A stretch of 63,921 bases of DNA, counting the filler, from Rhabdomonas costata (Eukaryota): the NCBI GenBank assembly GCA_019059605.1. It is 22 parts of 22 records of this genome, joined end to end, with 100 filler letters (N's around TTAATTAATTAA, not from the genome) between each part and the next. Parts side by side here need not be neighbours in the genome. Positions count along the whole stretch, not along the records: positions 8,744 to 11,557 come from JAHMHO010001996.1; positions 11,658 to 14,475 come from JAHMHO010001997.1; positions 14,576 to 17,389 come from JAHMHO010001998.1; positions 17,490 to 20,311 come from JAHMHO010001999.1; positions 20,412 to 23,224 come from JAHMHO010002000.1; positions 23,325 to 26,135 come from JAHMHO010002001.1; 16 more parts are not named here. One strand, given 5' to 3'. Shown here in pieces: positions 11,555 to 23,953 of this stretch. The notes beneath the pieces are model-generated. The model did not search any database, was not told where the DNA came from, and saw nothing but the letters and a program-made list of their open reading frames with translations. A program made the position numbers and the translations under genes. Within the stretch, counting starts at the first letter, position 1. Every line of letters starts with the position of its first letter.

Positions 11555-13311
11555 ACANNNNNNNNNNNNNNNNNNNNNNNNNNNNNNNNNNNNNNNNNNN
11601 NTTAATTAATTAANNNNNNNNNNNNNNNNNNNNNNNNNNNNNNNNNNNNNNNNNNNNGTGGTGGGGGTGAGACACACTGAGAAGGGCCGAAGCCCGCGAG
11701 CACAACCCCATTTTTTTGTTGCCCGTTCTACTGAAAACTGTCCGCACACCGTTTGTGCATACAGCTTCTTGAAAAAACCACTTAATCGGGCTTTCTTCAC
11801 CTTCATTTGGTGTCTTCTGCCTCCGACTATTACATTATTGATTAGTTTATTAGACATTTCATGTATTTGTGTTGGCATTTAAACTCTTGCTTTCTTCAAA
11901 TTTGTTTTGACATTTTTCCAAGTGCTTTCCTGTTTCTTCTGCACAAAAGTCCACTGCTTGACACCTACGGCAGGCCCTTTGCGTCTTGGGTAAAAAATTA
12001 CCCGAACCATGAATGGCCTGAGCGAAGAGGTGTTGTTTTTCATCCATGCTTGTCGAATAATTTTGTTTAGATTGTAACATTTAACCTAATTTTATTTTTA
12101 GAGTATGTTCAGCTTCATTGCCACCGCGAATGCTGGGTGGCGGTCGAGACGGTCAACAAGAAGACATGCAACGAGAGCTGTTGCGTTGGGTTCAGGGGGT
12201 CGCGAGCTTTCGTTTTGAATGGAGCAGAAACTTGGTCGCCGGCAATGGTTTGTTTGGGATTCTGATAGGATGTAGGGTCTGCGTTGTTGGCTCCGAGAGC
12301 TGCTGTTGCGCTTCCATAACCAATCTCCCCACTGAAAGCAACGGTGGCACCGTGTTCAAAGACAAGTGCCGCTCCCTGCTGGGGCCTTCCTTTTCCCTCA
12401 GGGGTGGCAAGGTCCACAAAACCCAAGAAATGGCCCTTCGCGGAGGGCCGCCCCTCAAAATTGCATTTCGACCAATTGACCTTCAACCCGATGGCCGCGC
12501 CGCCGGCTCCAGCTTGTTAATAGCTTCTTCAGAAGGTCCGATAGCAAAGGCAACCGAGCTCGTTTTGGTTAGGGTTCGAAAGCAATGCTGGCGCCGGTAC
12601 TTTTGCTGAGAATTCTAAGTCATCGAGGATAAAACCCTTTCACACCACCCACACCACCCACTCCCATCAAAATGCGGCCTTCTGAACCCGCAGCAAAAGT
12701 CGCGTTCTGGGTTCAAGATAACAAGAACTTTGGGTGTGATCTTCCTCCGCCCTTCATCGGCACAACTTTTTTTTCCGTTCTTGGGGCAACGAGAAGCTCA
12801 CGATATCAAGGGAGAGAGGGAGGGAGGAAACTTCGGCCGGGTGCCTTTCCCTTAAAGTAATCTCTTGGCCTGTCTGCTTGCTAAAGATTCCGCGGCTGAG
12901 CATTTTCCTTCATTACCGACTGAATGCAAACGCACCTAAATGTGCAACTGACGATTCCCTTCACAGTTGTTGTTTTGTTGTTTTGGCCGGCGCTTTGTGA
13001 GCAAGTCCTCACTTCACGACAACAGCCACCCGCATTTCCTGGGCAGCATTTGCTATCGACCCTTGAAGTCGATCAATGTTTGCAGATCACCGCACACAGA
13101 GACCCGCCCCATCCCAGCCCAACAGCGCACCGCTGCCTTCGGCGTGGGCCCCTTGTCCCCAAAATAACTGCCCGTTACCGATGCAGAAAGGCTTTTCATG
13201 GCTTTTCTAATTTCGGCATAGGTCGTCGATTTCGGGTACGTATACCGCAGGGATGCTGGAAGCTGCGGGCTTGCGGCCATGTTTGGTTGATGGGTTGATG
13301 GTGCTCCTCTC

Positions 13312-13359
13312 TTACCTCACCTTACCTTACCTTACCTTACCTTACCTTACCTTACCTTA
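13312..13359. repeat. (CTTAC)n microsatellite
   Basis: Pentamer tandem repeat. Confidence 0.95.
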
Positions 13360-13927
13360 AGAAGGTCAAGCTTACGGCTGCACCATCACATTCTGAGGCG
13401 GCGCTTGAAGACCTCTTTGATTTGCTGGCATCACGTGTCACGGTTTCCGAAATTTGGACCGCTCAGCGAGGTGGCAACTCAACTGTCTGCGGCTGCAGCC
13501 AAGGGGCCGGGAGCACCGGAACCTCCGGTACGGAAATTGAAGAGGAAGAATGTGACATCTGTGGGGATTCGTCAAGAAATGTAGCCGACTAGACCACTGC
13601 CACTGTCTGTGCTCCTCCAGAAAGCCGGCAGGCACATCGGATCGGTTGTAACCCCATTTCACTTCATTTTACAACATTCCAACTGCAAAACGGACACCTA
13701 CAAAAGTAAACGCGTCGAATGTGTTTAAGTTTTGGCAGTTATCTTGGTTGTGGATTCGGGAGTGCAACTTCCAGTGTTCTCCCTGTTCATTTCTCGATTT
13801 TTCAGCAACGGTTGACTGTCTCGGCGTATTGCCAGAAAGTGCTCGTGTGGGTTGAGGTACTGTGGCTTTCATTTAAACTTCTCTTCCAACAACTACTTTC
13901 TCAATGGTTTGCCCTCGTGTCTTCCAG

Positions 13928-14284
13928 GAAGTTTATTACAAGAAGTTTGACAGCAACCGCTTGGTTTGTTTCTGACTGTGCCAACCCTTTTTTTTTGCAT
14001 GTTTTGGCGACTGAACGTCCATATTTGGTTTTGGTTGGACGCTGTTTTTTTCTAGGACTTGCTCAACCTTTACGAGGAAACCACCCCAATAATTTGGAAT
14101 GGGTACACGATGAAAGGTGCTTCGGGAATACAAGCAGCGCTGCAGTGTGCCTGTCTTTTTGCTACTTTCTTACTTACGCTTGTTTTTGTATTTTTAACTC
14201 ACCCACGTTTATATGCCCGCAGGCAGCTTCCCACCACAACTCATCGAATCGAAAGCATAGATTGCCAGCCGATTCACTCCACAG
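13928..14284 (+). CDS. NXT1: NTF2-related export protein NXT1/p15-like (partial)
   Basis: Exons 13928-13963, 14056-14144 and 14223-14284 give EVYYKKFDSNRL-DLLNLYEETTPIIWNG...LPTTTHRIESIDCQP. Confidence 0.75.
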
Positions 14285-14949
14285 GTGTGTGTGTGTGTGT
14301 GTGTGTGTCAGGAGGAGATCAGCGGCAGAGAGAAGCAATGGGAATAGCTGGAATGGACTGAGGAGCGAGAAATGGTAAGATCAAAGAAGAAGACGGTGGG
14401 AAACCGCGCAGATCAATACGGACAAAAATGGGCACAACAGACATGCGAGCAAGAGAGAGAAAGGAAAACAACACANNNNNNNNNNNNNNNNNNNNNNNNN
14501 NNNNNNNNNNNNNNNNNNNTTAATTAATTAANNNNNNNNNNNNNNNNNNNNNNNNNNNNNNNNNNNNNNNNNNNNAGAATTGTGTCCACCTCTGAGTTCC
14601 CATGGGATAGTTCCCATGGAACGATGACCCTGTGAGTCAAATGGTCCGAGAGGCAGCCTCACCGCCCGCATGGGAATTTCCCAAAGTGCTGCGTCGGCCT
14701 GCGCTCGCCCTCTGAGACTCTCTGATGCAATGCAAAGGGAATTGATAGAGCAGGAGAGCGGGCGACCTGGAATGAAAAATGAGGAGACTAGAGAATGCAG
14801 CGACTACGGCCACTAGCACAAGCCAGGCGCGAAGGAGTGCAAGGGACCGAAGGGGAGCACGGAGACCGAAAGAGTGCGAGGCAGGTCCCGGGCCCATTCA
14901 AGGCCGGACGGGGACTTGCAGATCAACCGGGGTGAGAGCGGAGTGTTGG

Positions 14950-15111
14950 GATCCCATAAAGAGTACTCCAAACGCGCCAGTCGGGGGTTCCCAAAGGGGA
15001 ATGTTAAGCACGAGGCAACGAAGCACAGAGCCGAAAGAGAAGGGGGAGAGGCCCGACCGGCCTTATCGAGCGCGGAGAGCCGGGGGGAGGGAATCGCGAG
15101 TCTTTCTCCCC
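14950..15111 (+). repeat. Dispersed repeat family, copy B
   Basis: AAGAGTACTCCAAACGCGCCAGTCGGGGGTTCCCAA matches 17508-17543, and the 3' part matches the family core. Confidence 0.7.
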
Positions 15112-15964
15112 AATCGCTCAAAGTTTGTTTTTATCACGCCCGGCTGTCTGTCGCTGTTCGTGCGGGTTTGGGCAGGCGTCTCTCATTCTCCGGCGTGACT
15201 TGCTATTTTTTTTGCCGGGGAAATATCCTCTTTGTGTGTTGTGGTGCTTCGCTGTGTCTACGCTTCCTTCTCTGTGTACGCTCCGCAAGCGCGGAGGTTG
15301 TGTGGGTTCTTTTTCTCTTTCTGTGTGCGCTGAGAAATGGCCATGTTTCCCAACGGCTCGCATGTGTACTTCCTTTCTGGGGACGCCTGGTGCAAGGGGA
15401 CCGTAATGGAGACTCTCCCTGGTATGCACTTACATTCGCTTTCACTCACACATGCGAATGAAAAGGGGGCGATATGCAAACCGTGGTGAAACCAAATGCC
15501 TTGTACGAGCAAACCCTCTGCGGCCGTCGCGGCCCTGCCATTGGTTGATAAATTAAGCTTGTCCTTATCGTACGCTGAAAACACGGCAAGCATTGGCAAT
15601 AACGTCGCTGGTGACACCCAAAGAGAAAGACTCTGAAAAGACAATCTTTCTTTTTTGGTTTCACAGCTGATGAGCGCAGTTATACCATACTACGGCGGTA
15701 TACCGTTCAACTTTTGAACAATGATCACTACTCAGCTGAGTAGTGGCACTGCTCAGGCACTGAGTAGAGCCTCTATTCAGAAACTGAATAGTGTGCATGT
15801 GTATGTGTGTGCGGGGGGCGTCTAATACGCGGAAAGTCAAATGTAATTATGGAATTATTGCGGTGGAACAGTTGCTTGGGATTGGACAATCAATTCGAAA
15901 GGTAATGGCATGGGCCCGATGCTGGGCAGCGTAGTGATGCATAGAAAGCTCAAGGAGCACGTAC

Positions 15965-16492
15965 ATCCATTAGGATTGCGCTGAACACGAACGGGGCCTC
16001 CTCGACCTTCTGCAGAGCCTCCACGCCATTGCCTGCCTCCACGGTCTCCGTGATGCCCATCTGTTGCAGCTTCAGCACAAGCACCCGCCGGTTCATCGCC
16101 ACGTCGTCCACAATCAGCACCCGAGCGGCGGAGAGAGCCTCAGGCACGGCAACCACGCCGCCAAAGCTGCTGGAGGGGGTCGGGCTCAGCGCGGCATTGC
16201 CCATCGCACTCAGGGCCTGGTGCAGTTTGGGCAGAGTCAGCGGAAGACTCACCGCAGGCATCGGCATTTCCCACCCCGTCACCTTCACTGGGCACGCATG
16301 CAACGGCCGAAAACCGAACTGCTGCTCTGCCCTCTGCAAGGCGGCCAGGGCAGCCTCCGCCTCCTCGGCTCGCCTCGGCAGAAACACAATGACCACAGTG
16401 TTGGGCCCCAGAACAGAAGCGTTGGTGGGGGAAGGCACCCGCTCCGACAGTTGCTCTAAGCTCTCCAGGGCTTCGTATCGACACGACATCAC
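15965..16492 (-). CDS. Response-regulator receiver domain exon, probably of a hybrid histidine kinase
   Basis: RVLIVDDVAMNRRVL...EAGNGVEAL...AILMD. The exon has AG/GT boundaries. Confidence 0.88.
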
Positions 16493-17140
16493 CTGAAAAC
16501 ACAAAACAGAATCCTACATCAGAATCCAGCATAATACACGCCCACAAGGAAGAAATAAAAGCCGAACATTCAGATATTGGGACTGCTGAACGGGAGACAG
16601 AGGGTGAAGCCGAAGCCGACCTGGAGCCAATTTATACATAGCAGGCATCCCGGCCGGGTTTTTTCTCCCTCGTTCTCCCTCGTCCGGAGTAGGCGGTGTA
16701 TGAGTGCCCTTGACTGTTTCATAATTTATTCGTTGTTCGCTTATTCGTTATTCCAGAGCTTCAACGTGGACATGAACCACCTGAGTAAAACCCAGGAACA
16801 TAACAACCCATTTGATACCATAAGTATAAAGCAGAACCATTAGCTCTCCGACCGCACAAATGTAATAAGCAGAAAAAAAAACACCCCCCCCCCGCCAAAC
16901 AGTCGCTCCAGGCAAGGGACTCGAATGGAACCTGTAATGCTCGACGCTCTTGTTTGGACTGCGGCCTTCCTTCCTGAGGCAGAGGGCAGAATTGCCATCA
17001 CGCCTGAGCAAGGCCAGCGTGAAAGGTGAAAGGATGCAAGCCGATTTCGGTGTCTCACAGAATCCCTATGATTATGTGTTTTTGTAAATCTGCACGGCAT
17101 CATATATACGTGTATGTGTTTATGTGCATGTGGCATGTGC

Positions 17141-17352
17141 CAGTCGGAGATCCCAAGGCCCTGCGTACACCATCGGCTGCAGATCCCAAGGGGGTCATCG
17201 CTATGAGGCAGGAGAAGCAGGGTTAAGCACCTGGGTCAAAGTGAACAAAGAAGAGTGTGAGGTCCCATCCCCATCGAGGGTCCAGAGGGTTTTCCCCAGA
17301 AAAAATTACCCTCGCCAAGTGCACATAGTGTGTGGTGTGATGCGGTGTGTGT
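17141..17352 (+). repeat. Dispersed repeat family, copy C
   Basis: CCCAAGGCCCTGCGTACA...CCCCATCGAGGG...CCCCAGAAAAAA...GCCAAGTGCAC followed by a GT-rich tract. Confidence 0.75.
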
Positions 17353-17489
17353 TAGGGTGCCGACGGGTACCCTTCGGCACCCCCACACANNNNNNNNNNN
17401 NNNNNNNNNNNNNNNNNNNNNNNNNNNNNNNNNTTAATTAATTAANNNNNNNNNNNNNNNNNNNNNNNNNNNNNNNNNNNNNNNNNNNN

Positions 17490-17783
17490 GGGGGTTGGGG
17501 CGCCCGTGAAGAGTACTCTAAACGCGCTAGTTGGGGTTCCCAAGGCCCCGCGTACATCCAAGGTCGTATGTCCCGAGGGGGACACGAACCCTGTGAGGCA
17601 GGGGAGAGTAAGGGGAGAGTAAGTTGAGGCGAGGAGAAGGGGGTGAGGCACGATGGGCCCATGCCCCATCGAGGGTGCGGAGCCCAGGGGTAAGAGAAGC
17701 GCCAGTCTTTCCCAGAAAAAAGTTGTCTTAGGGTCTTAGGGTCTTAGGGTTGTCTTAAGTGCATATTGTGTGTGTGTCTGTGT
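17490..17783 (+). repeat. Dispersed repeat family, copy D (contains (TCTTAGGG)3)
   Basis: Longest copy. It shares blocks with copies A, B, C and E and ends AAGTGCA...(GT)n. Confidence 0.8.
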
Positions 17784-17872
17784 TGAAACGTCCACGCACA
17801 TCAATGTAAAATTACTTGCACCGGGCCGTCTGGTATGAAACAGTCCATTTTTCCTGCTCGACCTTTTTAAAG

Positions 17873-18927
17873 GACTACACCATCATTGGAGACCCCGTCA
17901 ACCTGGCTTCCAGGTTGGAAGGCCTGAACAAGAAGTACGGCACCACGATTATGATCTCCGAGGAGGTTTGGCCGCCTTTTTCTTTTTCGAAGTGCCTTTC
18001 AAGATCAGAAGCTCTCTCACTTTCTGGGAGTCCGAAGTGGCCCCCATGACGTCTTTTTTAACATTTTTTTCTGGCTCAGGTCCACGATAGTCCAGAGGTG
18101 GAGGAGACCTTTGTGACACGGCTGTTGGGCCGGGTGGCGATCAAGGGCAAGAGCGTAGGCGTGGATGTGTACGAGGTGGTGGGGTTTCGAGGGCAAGTGT
18201 CGCCGGAAGCTGTGGAGGCGGCGGAGCTGTACAGCCGTGCCACGCGAGCCTTCCTGGAGGGGAACTTCAGCGAGGCCCTGGAGCTGCTGGAGCGGTGTGG
18301 CCCTTTTCCTTGCTGCTCTGCATTCTTGATATCGAAGATCGAAGGCATTTGCCCCCTTTTTCTTGGTTCGTTGCTACGGGATCAGTTGGACGCAAGCTGT
18401 AAGTCTTTTGAAATCTCTGGGAACCATGACGAACGCTGAGGACGCGTCGTTTATCGTCGCTACCGAAGGTGTACAATAGCGCTGAAGACTTTCCGCACAG
18501 AAGCTACGGATTTTAGGAATTAGGTGCTTCCCTGCGCCAGCGGACAATGGGTTGGCGCCTGTCTTCGGGAAAACTGCGATTTTTCGTGGTGTGCGACGCA
18601 CTGCGTAGTTTAGCATCCAGGGACTGTGGTGTTGAGCATGCAGATCAAAAGATCACAATACTAAAGGCCCTACTAGGCCCTACTAGGTGGGTGATTGTCT
18701 CATTCTGCAAGTTTCGTGATTGTGTGTTTGTTGTTGTATACGCCCCCATCCGCATCGTAGTGATCGTAGTGATCCTCGTTTTATTATTGTGCGCATTCGG
18801 CTTGTTTGGCAGGTACCCCTACGATGAACCTGCGGTGTCCGACCTGCGCACGAGCTCTCTGGAGTATCTCCACAGGCCACCTCCGGAGCCCTGGGACGGG
18901 ACGGAAGTTCTGAGCGAGAAATACTGA
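17873..18927 (+). CDS. Class III adenylate/guanylate cyclase, C-terminal exons
   Basis: Exons 17873-17965, 18080-18294 and 18813-18927. Motifs: [32 protein letters not shown]...[11 protein letters not shown]. Confidence 0.93.
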
Positions 18928-20651
18928 AGTGTTCTCGAGGGCTAAGCGGAGCGGTGCGTAAGCGATACGTTTCAGTAATGTCTCACGAATCGTCCATCAC
19001 TCTGGGTTCTTTCCCCTTCTTGCATCTGCCTTGACGTCTGTATTTTTTTTGTTTTCTTTTGCACTGTGTGTGTTTGCTTGCTCACAACATTAGTCCCTCC
19101 ACACACCCTCCTCCACCACCGTCTCGTCTTTGTTTTCATCTTTGGCCCTGGGATGTAATCGTCGAAAGCTCTTCAGATTTCTGGAAGGGCTTAGCTCCTA
19201 TTTGCGGAAAAGTGGGACGGGTTCGCATCCCCGAGAAAATGCTGTGTTTCCTCAACCAAAGGGAGGACAAGATCTACAAAAACGTGAACGTACAATTTTC
19301 GATGAAGAAATGCTGCACCTTCTAGATCTTTTGGAGGGGAAGCAGAATTTTGAGTTGTTGTGCTTTGTTGTGTGCCACAGCTGAAAGTGAGAGGATGTGA
19401 GAGTGAGAGAAGGGTCACCTGGAGTCCCACTCCCCTTTCCCCGTCATACCCAATTTATCCATCAGTCTCGCTCATGGGACGCATGGACGAGGGCCTGGTG
19501 TTTTCCGCAGGCCCCTGGCCCTCCCAGCCTTTGATGGACCCGAGGCTGTTTATTGAGCTCCACCCAATGTGGGCTGAACGTTCACACGTGCAGAATCATT
19601 TTCACGCTTTCCCTTGTCTCTTTGCTCTTTGCTCAGCAGTCAAGCAAAGAGAGGTCGTCGACAGATAGTCTGGCAATGTATGAACCAAACCAAGGACGAA
19701 ATGATGTGTGAGTCATCCGGCGGGAATGGCACAGGGTTGAGAAAGGGGTCGTGTGTCCTGGGAATGTATGCTTCAAGCTTGCTTTTGAGGCCACTGTTGT
19801 CGCGGCCTCAATCCACGCCCGGAATGCAAGGCCCGGGGCAAGACTTAGCCCGGGTGGCACTTTTTTGTTCTCAGTGGACACATGGTGTGTTCAGCGTGTT
19901 TCGTGCCGGTACTTTCTTCAGAAGGCAAAAAGGATATCATGGGCTATGGGATAGCATGGGATACCCATCGCGTCCAGCAAGCAGCTCGCAAGATGGCTTC
20001 CGCCTCTTCTTTCATTTTTTGGATTCATATATAACTGCAGCTATTGGCTCTCCAGTGTCCGTCGAGTGTGCTTGGGGAACTGGGGTGTGGGAGAATATTT
20101 CCATCAAAAAATTAACCCCGCGGTGTGCATAATGACTTTATTGAGCAGGGCCCTCCCAGCGCAGCACCTAAGATCGGGCAGTGTCCCAGTGCGTGTGCGT
20201 ATCGCCTCCGATGTCTGTCCCAGGACGTGTATGTTCCCTCTGGTGTGTATGTATTATGTATGTGTCTCCTTGAGAGTCCGGAGTTTGCCGGTGGGCTCTT
20301 TCCGCCCCCCCNNNNNNNNNNNNNNNNNNNNNNNNNNNNNNNNNNNNNNNNNNNNTTAATTAATTAANNNNNNNNNNNNNNNNNNNNNNNNNNNNNNNNN
20401 NNNNNNNNNNNGGGTGTTGGTAAGAGAACGAAGCACGGAACAAACACACATGCGAACCTAAACACAAAGTGTGTCAGAATCGGGAGGGGAGTACCACACG
20501 TCCCCCTCCCCGCACAGCCTCAAGCTCTGCTCTTGTATGCACAAAGAACACGCTGTGTACAATGCAAACGGCAAAATGTACATGAAAATGGAAACGGGGG
20601 ATGCACTCATCTTGATCGAGCTTGATCATGCGCTTGCTCAACCACAACACG

Positions 20652-22584
20652 TTATTTGGCCGCCCCGGTCGTCAGCTGAGGTGGCGAGAAGAGCTCGTGG
20701 TTAATCTGAGGGAAGAGCACAGCCAGCGAGAGAGCAAAGGACCGTAGCCTCGTTGGAATTACTGAGTGGCCCCGAATATCTCCCCACCAAGGATCCAAGG
20801 ACGAAATGAATTCCAGCGTTCCACAAAGGGATGGCCAGAGTTTTTCTTTAATGTTTCATGCACGCTTTTTTGCGTTTTCATTCGATTCCAACACAACCTA
20901 AATTTATCCGAACCAAATGGGCTGTCCATGGACGCCCTCACACGCCTCAATGGCGCAAAGATGCACGTGTGGGAATGACTGAGCGGATTTATTGGGCGGA
21001 AACCCAAACACGGATCCATTCATCAGCGGTGATCGCTACCTTGGAGCCCATGTACTGGTTGAGCAGGGCGCGGAGCTCGTCGTTCTGGCGCCGCACGGCG
21101 TCGGTCTCGTCGATGAGCTTGCCGCGGTCCTGCAGCAGCACGATGTACTTCTCCAGGCCCTTCTCCAGGGCGCACCACAGCCGGAAGCTCCCCTCGGGGA
21201 TCACGCTGGACATCCTCCGCCAGAACTCCCGCTCCGCCCGCCGCCGACGCTCTCGCACCCGCTCTTCCAGACTGAGCATCTGGTTCTTCTTGCCTGTGGT
21301 GAGCCGTGGAAAGTGAACCGGTCTTCTTTTGGTCACGGGTAAGCCAGAGGCAAAAGAGCAGTGCAAAAAGTGGTGATGCGGTTAACGCAGCAGCGGTCAT
21401 AAACCATCTGCCAACCCAAAGGCAGAAGTGATGCGAAGGTGAAACTGGTTTCCACGCTGTTGTTGTTATTGTTGAAAAACTGGTGGTCAGAAGAAAAATG
21501 CAGAAGCAGTGTCACATAATCCGAGCCACCAACTGACCAAATTCGTCCTATCCATTCTTTGGACAACACCGCCATCTGCCGGTGAAGGGGATGCTGGACA
21601 TGCGCATCTAAAACGGAATGCAAAATGCAACAGTGGCCGGCTTGCGAGCATGCAGCGTACTTGTCTGAAGCGAGGCGTTGTTGTTTTGGAAGTCAATGAA
21701 GTGCCGAAGAGCGAGCACAACGTCCTGCGAGCCATACGCATTCCCCCATTCCTTACGAAGGGAAATGGAATCCGCAGACCAGAACCCGTTTCCACCGAAA
21801 AGCGGAATGCAGGGGCAGGGACCTCGTCGGGTGAATGAAACAGCCACTTTCCCGAAACTTGTCACTACCTATCACACACTCGAAGCAGCTGCCATTTTCT
21901 GTAATCTAGAAAATCAGAATGTCGGCTCCACTAGCAAGGCTTGGGTAAAATAAAGCCCCCATGAAGCCACAGGTGATGATGAGGGAACCAGAACAAACAC
22001 ACAACCCACAAAACTCAGAAAGCCCATTGCCAAAGAAAGAGGTAGAGGGGTCAGTCCAGAAGGGAAGGATGCGCGAACGAACACCTGAGGGTCGATCAGC
22101 TCGGCCTCCGCGCCCAGGGCGGAGGCTGGGGTGCCTGGGGAGCTGACCTGGTCATCAGGAGGTGGGGTGTTGGCGTCCTTGCCTCGTACAAAGAACTGCA
22201 CCATTCGGTTGATGTCCGCCTGAGGAAAAAGGAAACCACAGTTAACTCTTGCGTCGCCTGAAAGTAGTTTGACTTGGGGGCAGTCGTGTCCAATTGTTCG
22301 CGTCTGGCAGTGGGTTTTGGTAAATTTCATAAAAATACATAAAATTCGTATACGAGTCAGTGGGATCCCTGGTTTGTGCATGTTTGTGCGATTAAAACAC
22401 GAAAAGGAAACACGCAGCTGAAGGAGAGCGTGGAGAAAAGAGAGGGGGGGGGGGCGGAGGCTGCGGAGTAGCGGGGAAGCACCCGGCTTTCCACAGAGAG
22501 TGCCTTCAGGATGGACTCGATCTTCTTCGGCTTCTGCTCAGGCGCAGAGAATAGTTCGATGGCCTTCAGCACCTTCTCCTCAAT
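20652..22584 (-). CDS. DRC1: Dynein regulatory complex protein 1, C-terminal exons
   Basis: Exons 22584-22483, 22219-22085, 21724-21661, 21293-21040 and 20705-20652 splice in phase. Motifs: LIDPQDVVLALRHF and FWRRMSSVI..LWCALEKGLEKY..QNDELRALLNQY..KINHEL..PP. Confidence 0.88.
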
Positions 22585-23096
22585 CTGCGCCAGCCAAATA
22601 AACCATCAAGCATCAGGCACGCTCACGATTTTTTTAACCCGCAACAGCAAAGGGGACGTCACCCTTCGCATAGAGCTAACGCCGATCCACCCGTGATTAG
22701 GAACGATGGGGGAACAATTGAACTCGGCACTTTAGGTGGGTTTTCTTTTCTTTGGAAGCCTGCAGGCCAATTCGCAGACAGAAGACAGAGTTGGTGAGAC
22801 ACAGTGGCCCTGAGACATTTTTCCTCGGAAGCGCCCCGCCCCAACACTTCCCCTGTGTGTCCCCTCCGCTGATGCCCGCGCTAGGCCCCTCTTAGCGAAC
22901 AAACAGTGTACCACGAAAACACGAGAGATTTCTTTCCAACCCTCCCCTCTGCTTCATAAGGAGTAAGGCCTCATGTTCATGGCCTCGGATTGAAGGCCAG
23001 AGGATGGTGGTCTTCAATACTGTTTGACAAGGCACGATTTCTTCTCTTTTTCTGTCAGATTGCTGGTGTGATGGCCCTCTTCATTCCACCAACCCC

Positions 23097-23224
23097 GACA
23101 CACACACACACTTGGTGCACTTGGCAAGGATGAGTTTTTTCTGGGGAGGACTCGAGGTCCACTTCCCCCCTGGGCTCCCACCTTTCGATGGGGCATGGGC
23201 CCATCGGGCCTCACACCCTTGTCC
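23097..23224 (-). repeat. Dispersed repeat family, copy E
   Basis: Reverse complement reads GTGAGGCCCGATGGGCCCATGCCCCATCGA...CCCCAGAAAAAA...GCCAAGTGCAC(GT)n. Confidence 0.8.
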
Positions 23225-23953
23225 NNNNNNNNNNNNNNNNNNNNNNNNNNNNNNNNNNNNNNNNNNNNTTAATTAATTAANNNNNNNNNNNNNNNNNNNN
23301 NNNNNNNNNNNNNNNNNNNNNNNNTTTTGGTGTTTTTTTTAGTGGAATTCTGCGTCAGTGTTTCAGTGGATGCATCGCTATGCCCGTTATGGCACTTGGA
23401 AGGGTCCATATAGGGAGTTTTTTCTTGGGCTTTTCTTGACTCCACCGCTAGCAAATTTTCAAGAAGCTGGGTGAGAACTTTGAACCTTTCCACGCAAGCA
23501 TGGAGCGCGCCGTGATCCACTGCACAAAGAGGAACATGCACATCACCAATTGGAAGCTGCTGAGCGCCGAAAAGATTCGACAAATGGTTGCTGAAGCTTT
23601 CCACTCCGACCCATTCTACTCTTCCAAAACGTGGTAGGCAAAAGCCGACTCTTAAACCAGCCATGCAACCCCGACCGAAAGTTCCGGTCTTTTGACTATG
23701 AGCATCCCTTCGATTTTGTTTGAGAATGTTGGTTGGCTTGGCGCGGGTTATGTGGTCCCTTCGTACATTAAGTGCTCCCCAAGTGTGAGGTGTGCTGCTG
23801 CTGCTGCTGCAACTGCTCGCTGCTCGCTACGCTATTCACTCATCACTTTATGGAAAGTCCTCCCTTTCTGCGGACCTAGTGTGTTTTGGGTGAGCGGTGA
23901 AAACGGGCAAACTGCACACTGGAGCTGGGCGGGCGGGTGAGGGGATGCAGCAC

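Noticed and set aside
12115-13280. Minus-strand ORFs (MAASPQLP..., KVNWSKC...) as a gene
   Set aside because: No recognisable domain, and I could not splice them into a consistent frame.
18940-18970. GCGGAGC / GCGTAAGC minihairpins after the cyclase stop codon
   Set aside because: Too short and isolated, without supporting stems; expected by chance.
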